Source: Halalkalibacterium halodurans
GTDB lineage: Bacteria; Bacillota; Bacilli; Bacillales; Bacillaceae_D
Assembly (NCBI RefSeq): GCF_004376175.1
Contig: NZ_SNUY01000010.1
Span: 45,485 to 77,484 of the forward strand
Length of the DNA stretch: 32,000 nt
Direction: 5' to 3'
Shown: positions 27,155 to 32,000 of the stretch, one piece after another
Layout of the letters: the number at the start of each line of letters is the position of its first letter
Numbering within the stretch: the first letter of the stretch is position 1
The notes under the pieces: model-generated
The model's database searches: none
What the model was told of the DNA's origin: nothing
Seen by the model: only the letters and a program-made list of their open reading frames with translations
Program-made: the position numbers and the translations under genes

Positions 27155-29296
27155 TTGACTGAAACATCTGATGTCAGACCTGTTACAGCTTGGTATGATG
27201 AATGGTCTAGAAAAGTAGATTCTAACCTATTATGCATGCAAAACAGCCGAGGAGAATATTTAATTGATAAAGTAAATGAACGAAACTTAACACATTTAAA
27301 TTCAACTTGTATAGATAAAATTTGGTTCCCACAATTATTATTAATTACACTTATTGAAGCTGATAGAAATAAAGATGTGGGATCAATAAGTGTTCAGAAT
27401 ACTGCTTTAAATAATAGATTTAGCGATATTTTTAATGAACTTAAGATTGCTTCATGGTCAGATTTTAATCCAAATCAACATATGTATATGTATTTAAAAG
27501 CCGAGATTTATCCAGAACATACTAATAATCAACGGAGGAGATTGTTTGAGTACTATAAGACATGTTTGTACAATACCCAAAAATGGATTAATACTACATT
27601 ATCAATTGATAAACAAACAAATTATAAGCAATTTTTATTACCATCAATCCATTTTGATTCAAGAGATTTCTCCTTAAGTAAATTAGCCAGGGAAGAAGCC
27701 CAAAATACTCGAAAAGATGAAACAGACGCTATTGTACCACATCTTTCAACAATACGTGTAGAAGCAAATCTACGATGGAATCAAATAAAAAGACTAAAAG
27801 ATGCATTTCAGCAACAAATAAGAATTGTAGAAACCGATTCATTATCATTACCAATTGAATTTTCTTATGAGGAACCAAAACGTATTGGAGAAGTATTTCA
27901 TTTTCGCTTATGGGATAAACCTTCCTTTGTACTGAAGCACCAAAAGGAGTTTTCAGATGCCGTTGTAAAACTGGCAAAACAAAAAAAAGCAAATTATTCT
28001 GATGAAAATAATGCCTACTTCCTTGAATTTATTCGTGCTGAGTCTGTAGATAGTGATTCAGAACCAGAAGGACTTTGGTTTAATGATTTAATTGAGCAGA
28101 ATGTTTTAGGAAGTTGGCCAAAAACCAAACCAGTTGAAGAACATAAGAAGATTCTTAATTTCTTGTCCACTTGGGGCTACGAGGCTGAAAATGGGAAAAA
28201 GCCCGTTCCATTTTTTTCAGGTCATAAAGGTATAATAACACCTTCAACATTTGTTTCTTTACACAAGGATAAAGCAGAGGGCTTATTAATAGATGTAGAA
28301 CCATTCTATGTAGCTTGTACATTTGGATTATTAGCCATCGACATTTTAACAACAACAGGTGCAAGAAAGAACGAATTACTTCAAATTAGTAATACGAAAG
28401 AATGTATTCAAGTAAAGAAAATTAATAACAAGCTACATTATTCCTTTAGAGCTATTCCTAAAGGAAGAGATTCATTAGAAGAATTTTATATAAGTAAACA
28501 AACGATGGAATATATTCAAATTGTATCAAGGATGTTAAAAGCACATTGTGACAGTGATAAAATTCCAAGCGTCATATACAGAGATAAAAGAAAACATTTA
28601 TTTCCTACACCTATGCCCTATTATTTTCAATATGCAGATAGAGCATTAAGGGATGTTACTTTATATAGTTCCATTCGATTTTTACTTCATGGATTAGTAT
28701 TTGAGATGCAAGATGGAAAAGCTGTAACTATAAAAACACACCTATTACGTCATGCATTTGCGACAGAAGCTGTTCAACGTCAAAAAATGCCGATTGATAT
28801 TGTCGCAAAAATGTTGCATCAAAAAGATTTAAACGTAACAGCGTATTATTCAGCTCCTACACCTACCCAAATCTCAGAATCAGTAAGTGAATTACATGAC
28901 GTTATTTCAAGTTATGTAGATATTGATGATGTATATATAAGAAGTCCACAAGAGTTAAAAAAAGAATTTGATGCCTACGCAGAAAAAGTGGGTGTATTTA
29001 ATAAAGTGTTAGGTGGTACTTGTGTGACAGATTACATTTGTCCTACTAAAATGCAATGTTTAGGCTGCCAAGCAAAAATACCCGAACCAGATCAAGAGGA
29101 TGAATTATTAGAGGTCATTCAATTATCAAAAGATATGGAAAAACGATTTAAACAAATGGGATTAGATGTTGAAGTTCGGAAGGCTAAAGAAATGGCAAAG
29201 CAAGCTAGAATTGAATTAAAAGAGATTGAGTTAATCAAACAATATAGGGAGGAACGTCAATATGAACCAAAAGCAAGAAATAATCCATTCAGATAA
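27155..29296 (+). CDS. large tyrosine recombinase, Tn554 TnpB-like (713 aa)
   Basis: Contains TTGARKNE (Arg I), HLLRHAFATE (H-x-x-R) and TAYYSAP (Tyr). It has a long N-terminal region with no recognised motif and a C-terminal Cys4 cluster plus charged tail. TTG start lies 2 nt after the upstream stop, preceded by GGAG. Confidence 0.8.
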   Translation: MTETSDVRPVTAWYDEWSRKVDSNLLCMQNSRGEYLIDKVNERNLTHLNSTCIDKIWFPQLLLITLIEADRNKDVGSISVQNTALNNRFSDIFNELKIASWSDFNPNQHMYMYLKAEIYPEHTNNQRRRLFEYYKTCLYNTQKWINTTLSIDKQTNYKQFLLPSIHFDSRDFSLSKLAREEAQNTRKDETDAIVPHLSTIRVEANLRWNQIKRLKDAFQQQIRIVETDSLSLPIEFSYEEPKRIGEVFHFRLWDKPSFVLKHQKEFSDAVVKLAKQKKANYSDENNAYFLEFIRAESVDSDSEPEGLWFNDLIEQNVLGSWPKTKPVEEHKKILNFLSTWGYEAENGKKPVPFFSGHKGIITPSTFVSLHKDKAEGLLIDVEPFYVACTFGLLAIDILTTTGARKNELLQISNTKECIQVKKINNKLHYSFRAIPKGRDSLEEFYISKQTMEYIQIVSRMLKAHCDSDKIPSVIYRDKRKHLFPTPMPYYFQYADRALRDVTLYSSIRFLLHGLVFEMQDGKAVTIKTHLLRHAFATEAVQRQKMPIDIVAKMLHQKDLNVTAYYSAPTPTQISESVSELHDVISSYVDIDDVYIRSPQELKKEFDAYAEKVGVFNKVLGGTCVTDYICPTKMQCLGCQAKIPEPDQEDELLEVIQLSKDMEKRFKQMGLDVEVRKAKEMAKQARIELKEIELIKQYREERQYEPKARNNPFR

Positions 29297-29606
29297 GAAA
29301 AAGTGGCTTGAAAAAGTTCATCAGCAACGTAAAGAACGTTCCATATCTATTGGTATTCAAACGATTGATTTTCTTGTCAAACAAGGGATTCCTGTAACCT
29401 ATCATAACATTAGAGAGCATTCAAAAGCATTTGATGATAAAGAGAAAGGTATTCATTTAAATACTATTAAACGAAATGAAGAATTATATGAGTATTACAA
29501 AAAACATAGTAGAACTTATAAAGTAAAGAATGCTCGTAAAAAGCTAGCGAATCCTACTCCATATGACGAGTCAACTTTAAGAAGAATTTCACCTAACCGA
29601 GACTCC
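29262..29606 (+). pseudogene. TnpC-like small basic protein gene, 3' end cut by IS21-family insertion
   Basis: ATG follows GGGAGGA and overlaps the tnpB-like end by 35 nt. The native reading frame runs to codon 115. From 29607 the frame reads into the IS terminal repeat, so the last 40 aa of track ORF 29262..29729 are IS-derived. Confidence 0.55.
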
Positions 29607-29667
29607 TGTATTTTGCAAGCAAAAAGTTTAGAAGAATGCAATGAAAAGTTTAGAACTTTGCCAGCCC
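29607..29667. repeat. IS21-family terminal inverted repeat (istB-proximal end) with two internal direct repeats
   Basis: TGTATTTTGCAAGCAAAAAGTTTAGAAGAATGCAATGAAAAGTTTAGAACTTTGCCAGCCC. Confidence 0.75.
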
Positions 29668-29682
29668 TTACTTTCTTTCTAA

Positions 29683-30405
29683 TTAGCGATTCGATAATGC
29701 ATGTTTCACACGGTAACTATCGCCAGTAAAACTTAAAATATGTGCGTGATGTATCACTCGATCCACCAAGGCAGCGGTGAGCCGTGCATCCACAAATATT
29801 TTATTCCACTGACTAAATTCTAAATTGGACGTAATAATAAGGCTTTTCTGTTCATACCAATCGGAAATCAATTGAAATAATAACTCAGCTCCATCCTTAC
29901 TAAATGGCACGTATCCCATCTCATCAAGAATGATCATATCGACTTTATTGAATCGGTTACGTAATAGTTGATATCGGCCTTCTGCCCAGGACTTTTCCAA
30001 AAGGTCTATTAAATCAGCTACCCGGTAGAAACGGACCTCATATCCGTTTCTACAAGCCTTACGACCCAATGCTGTTGCCAAATGGGATTTCCCAGTTCCT
30101 GGCGCTCCGGATAGAATGACATTCTCTTTTCTCTTGATAAATGAAAGGGACTCCAGACCATCTCTGTCGAGATTTGTTGGGAAATGAATATGTTCGCCCC
30201 AACGATAATCATCTAGTTCCTTTTCATTCATGAATTTTGCCTTTTTAATTAGGCGTTCTCCTTTTGCTATTTCCCTTAACTCTATTTCTTGTTGTAGTAA
30301 ATCTATCAAGTATTGTTCTGGATTCTCGAAAGGAACCTTCTCGTACATGTCGGCTACATATGCTAAACGAAGCAATTTACATTTCTCTCTAATCGCATCA
30401 GTCAT
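29683..30405 (-). CDS. istB: IS21-family helper ATPase IstB
   Basis: Has Walker A (GAPGTGKSHLA) and Walker B (MIILDEMGY). ATG 30405 follows AAGGAGGG and overlaps the istA stop by 8 nt. Confidence 0.92.
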   Translation of the reverse strand: MTDAIREKCKLLRLAYVADMYEKVPFENPEQYLIDLLQQEIELREIAKGERLIKKAKFMNEKELDDYRWGEHIHFPTNLDRDGLESLSFIKRKENVILSGAPGTGKSHLATALGRKACRNGYEVRFYRVADLIDLLEKSWAEGRYQLLRNRFNKVDMIILDEMGYVPFSKDGAELLFQLISDWYEQKSLIITSNLEFSQWNKIFVDARLTAALVDRVIHHAHILSFTGDSYRVKHALSNR

Positions 30406-31861
30406 GATATACACCCTCCTTAACGGTAGGCTGGAGGGAGTCATAAATACTCCAATTTACATCATAAGGATGGTTCGTAGAATCATCCAGACTCGCATCA
30501 AACTGTTTTTCTTCTGGTAGTAACTCATAGAAGCGTTCGTCTATTTCTTGCATATCATGATTTACAATTAAGCTTAGTAACCACTCTACACGTTCTTTTC
30601 TTAATTTCATTGATTCAATGTTTAAGTAATAAGAAATTCTGCCGGGCAGGTAGGGGAAATACCGAGAATATACAATGGATCGTGGCTTCTGTTTCCAATT
30701 TTTTAAGATGGATTGCCACGGAATTTCCCTTGTTTGATTCATATACCGTCTAGGTCCTTTGGAGAGCACTTCACCGTTGCGGGTGACGACTTTATAGTGA
30801 TCCCAATATAAAATCAAATGCAGTTTACCGTAATGGTAACTTGTAGGCACATGGACCAGCACTCCATCAACCTTTACTTCACCATATTTATTAGCGGTTA
30901 CCATTGATTGCTTAAATACCGGATACTCGGACTCAGGTAAAGCTAGTCCATAATTCTTTTCCTCTTCAAACAGATCTGCAATTAAGATATCCTTCTTATA
31001 ATGGAGGCGTTGTTGATCCCTTTTACTCTGGTCAAATAACAAAGCACGTAAGTGTGTTAAATCTTTGATCACAGGAGAAGGAGTGAAAAAGTTATAACGT
31101 ACATATCCCACTTTGTTTTCGACATGTCCTTTTTCATTTCCTTTTCTTGCATTACAGGCTTGCGGCTCAAATCCATAATGGCTGGCAAAGCGAAGAAACT
31201 CTTCATTGAAAACAGTTTCTTCCCCACGCCCCCTTGCCTTTACTACTGCTGCTGAAAGGTTATCTAACCGAAGTTTCCTTGGAACGAATCCCGATTGTTT
31301 AAAGAGTATTTTAAGACCTTCTAAAAAGCACTCCTGGTTTTCTGCAGGCAGAGGAACGGTAAAACCTGCGTTACTATATGGAAAACTCATCACTAGTGCA
31401 TGGATGTCCTTTGCTTGTCCATCTTCAATTGCCTCGGTAATGCCAAAATCTATTTGGGCTTCGGCGGGAGGATGGGTTAGCCTTTCATATTCCTCTTTCA
31501 ATTCATCCGATTCATCTAATACTTTTTCTTTCCATTCTTCTTTAATGAAGTTACAAACGGTTCGATAAGAACCGGTAAACCCTAATTTCTGTAACCCTTC
31601 AAATATATTTTTATTGTTTCTTCTCGATTTCTTTTTGAGGGCATAATCTTCAACGAGCCAGTCAATTACAATTTCTCCCCACTTTTCTTCATACATCATG
31701 CCTTTTTTCTCAAGAATCTTTTCTGTAGGTAATTGATCATCATCCGCATATTTTTTAACTGTTACCCAACTAAAACCAGTACGTTTGGAGATTTCATTGA
31801 TCGATAGGGATTTTATATTCCTTAACTTTTTGATATGATTGATTTCAGGCATTGCTAGCAT
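30398..31861 (-). CDS. istA: IS21-family transposase IstA
   Basis: 487 aa with an N-terminal HTH (SINEISKRTGFSWVTVKKY), then a DDE-type catalytic region. ATG 31861 lies 7 nt after GGGAGGA. Confidence 0.92.
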   Translation of the reverse strand: MLAMPEINHIKKLRNIKSLSINEISKRTGFSWVTVKKYADDDQLPTEKILEKKGMMYEEKWGEIVIDWLVEDYALKKKSRRNNKNIFEGLQKLGFTGSYRTVCNFIKEEWKEKVLDESDELKEEYERLTHPPAEAQIDFGITEAIEDGQAKDIHALVMSFPYSNAGFTVPLPAENQECFLEGLKILFKQSGFVPRKLRLDNLSAAVVKARGRGEETVFNEEFLRFASHYGFEPQACNARKGNEKGHVENKVGYVRYNFFTPSPVIKDLTHLRALLFDQSKRDQQRLHYKKDILIADLFEEEKNYGLALPESEYPVFKQSMVTANKYGEVKVDGVLVHVPTSYHYGKLHLILYWDHYKVVTRNGEVLSKGPRRYMNQTREIPWQSILKNWKQKPRSIVYSRYFPYLPGRISYYLNIESMKLRKERVEWLLSLIVNHDMQEIDERFYELLPEEKQFDASLDDSTNHPYDVNWSIYDSLQPTVKEGVYHD

Positions 31862-31919
31862 CCTTTCATCCTCCCACCATTAGTTGATTAGACACCAATA
31901 ACGGTAGGGTATTTTGAGA

Positions 31920-31999
31920 GGGCTGGCAAGCCTTTTCTATTTGTGCAACCTTCTAACATTTTGGTTGCAATACTCTTAACTTTTATTTTGCACTAAACA
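31920..31999. repeat. IS21-family terminal inverted repeat (istA-proximal end) with three internal repeats
   Basis: The reverse complement reads TGTTTAGTGCAAAATAAAAGTTAAGAGTATTGCAACCAAAATGTTAGAAGGTTGCACAAATAGAAAAGGCTTGCCAGCCC, which aligns with the other end. Confidence 0.75.
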
Positions 32000-32000
32000 A

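Larger units (their letters stand above)
25572..29606 (+). mobile_element. left part of a low-GC, Tn554-like integrative element (tnpA-tnpB-tnpC-type module); right part lies beyond the IS21 insertion and window end
   Basis: G+C drops abruptly right after the ypdA stop. Three co-directional, abutting or overlapping genes follow: two tyrosine recombinases and one small basic protein. The exact left boundary is not defined. Confidence 0.55.
29607..31999 (-). mobile_element. IS21-family insertion sequence (istA-istB), about 2.39 kb
   Basis: It has the two-gene istA/istB organisation. Both termini start with TGT and carry repeated TGCAA...AAAAGTT(T)AGAA motifs, converging on a shared TTGCCAGCCC. 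The right terminus lies 1 nt from the window end, so the target duplication cannot be seen. Confidence 0.85.

Noticed and set aside
25572-32000. Possibility that the low-GC island in this window encodes a defence, toxin or other accessory system
   Set aside because: Every sizeable ORF in the visible part is a mobility gene (two tyrosine recombinases, a TnpC-like fragment, IstA, IstB). The antisense ORFs 27729..27992 and 28155..28364 are low-complexity artefacts of AT-rich DNA. Any cargo must lie beyond the window, so nothing can be claimed here.

Overview
This is a Bacillaceae-type chromosomal segment. Most of it (1-25571) is housekeeping and sporulation genes. Their order matches what I recall of the Bacillus subtilis serA ... 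fer-ypbB-recS-ypbD-ypbF ... ypbG-ypbH(mecB)-gudB-ypdA region; this comes from memory, not a search.

Left to right the window holds: the 3' end of a VanW-like gene; a gerA-type germinant-receptor operon (A, B, C subunits); an M23/LysM peptidase; a hypothetical gene; serA (minus strand) behind a clear T-box leader with serine-type signatures; a LysM/M14 peptidase; family I pyrophosphatase and ferredoxin (both minus); ypbB-recS; a CPBP protease; and small membrane proteins. A block that appears inserted relative to B. subtilis follows, with a gamma-glutamylcyclotransferase, an M20 amidohydrolase, a DinB-GNAT fusion, an ECF sigma/anti-sigma pair and a membrane protein. After it come a metallophosphoesterase, mecB, a stand-alone ddl, gudB and ypdA.

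Directly after the ypdA stop (25571) the base composition drops sharply. Hand-counted sample lines give roughly 25-30% G+C, against mid-40s to 50s upstream. A mobile island starts here, with three tightly packed, co-directional genes: two large tyrosine recombinases (446 and 713 aa) and a small basic protein. This layout matches the Tn554 tnpA-tnpB-tnpC module. The third gene is cut at 29607 by an IS21-family element (istA/istB, minus strand) with multi-repeat terminal inverted repeats, which runs to about 31999.

Any cargo and the right end of the island lie outside the window, so I can show no defence or other accessory system here. I saw no rRNA, tRNA or CRISPR array.

Other points worth a second look:
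- an unannotated 36-aa hydrophobic ORF with its own strong terminator
- a 660-nt ORF-poor region with internal repeat modules upstream of mecB
- a candidate thiol-conjugate salvage cluster built around the DinB-GNAT fusion
- an ECF sigma with a candidate autoregulated promoter
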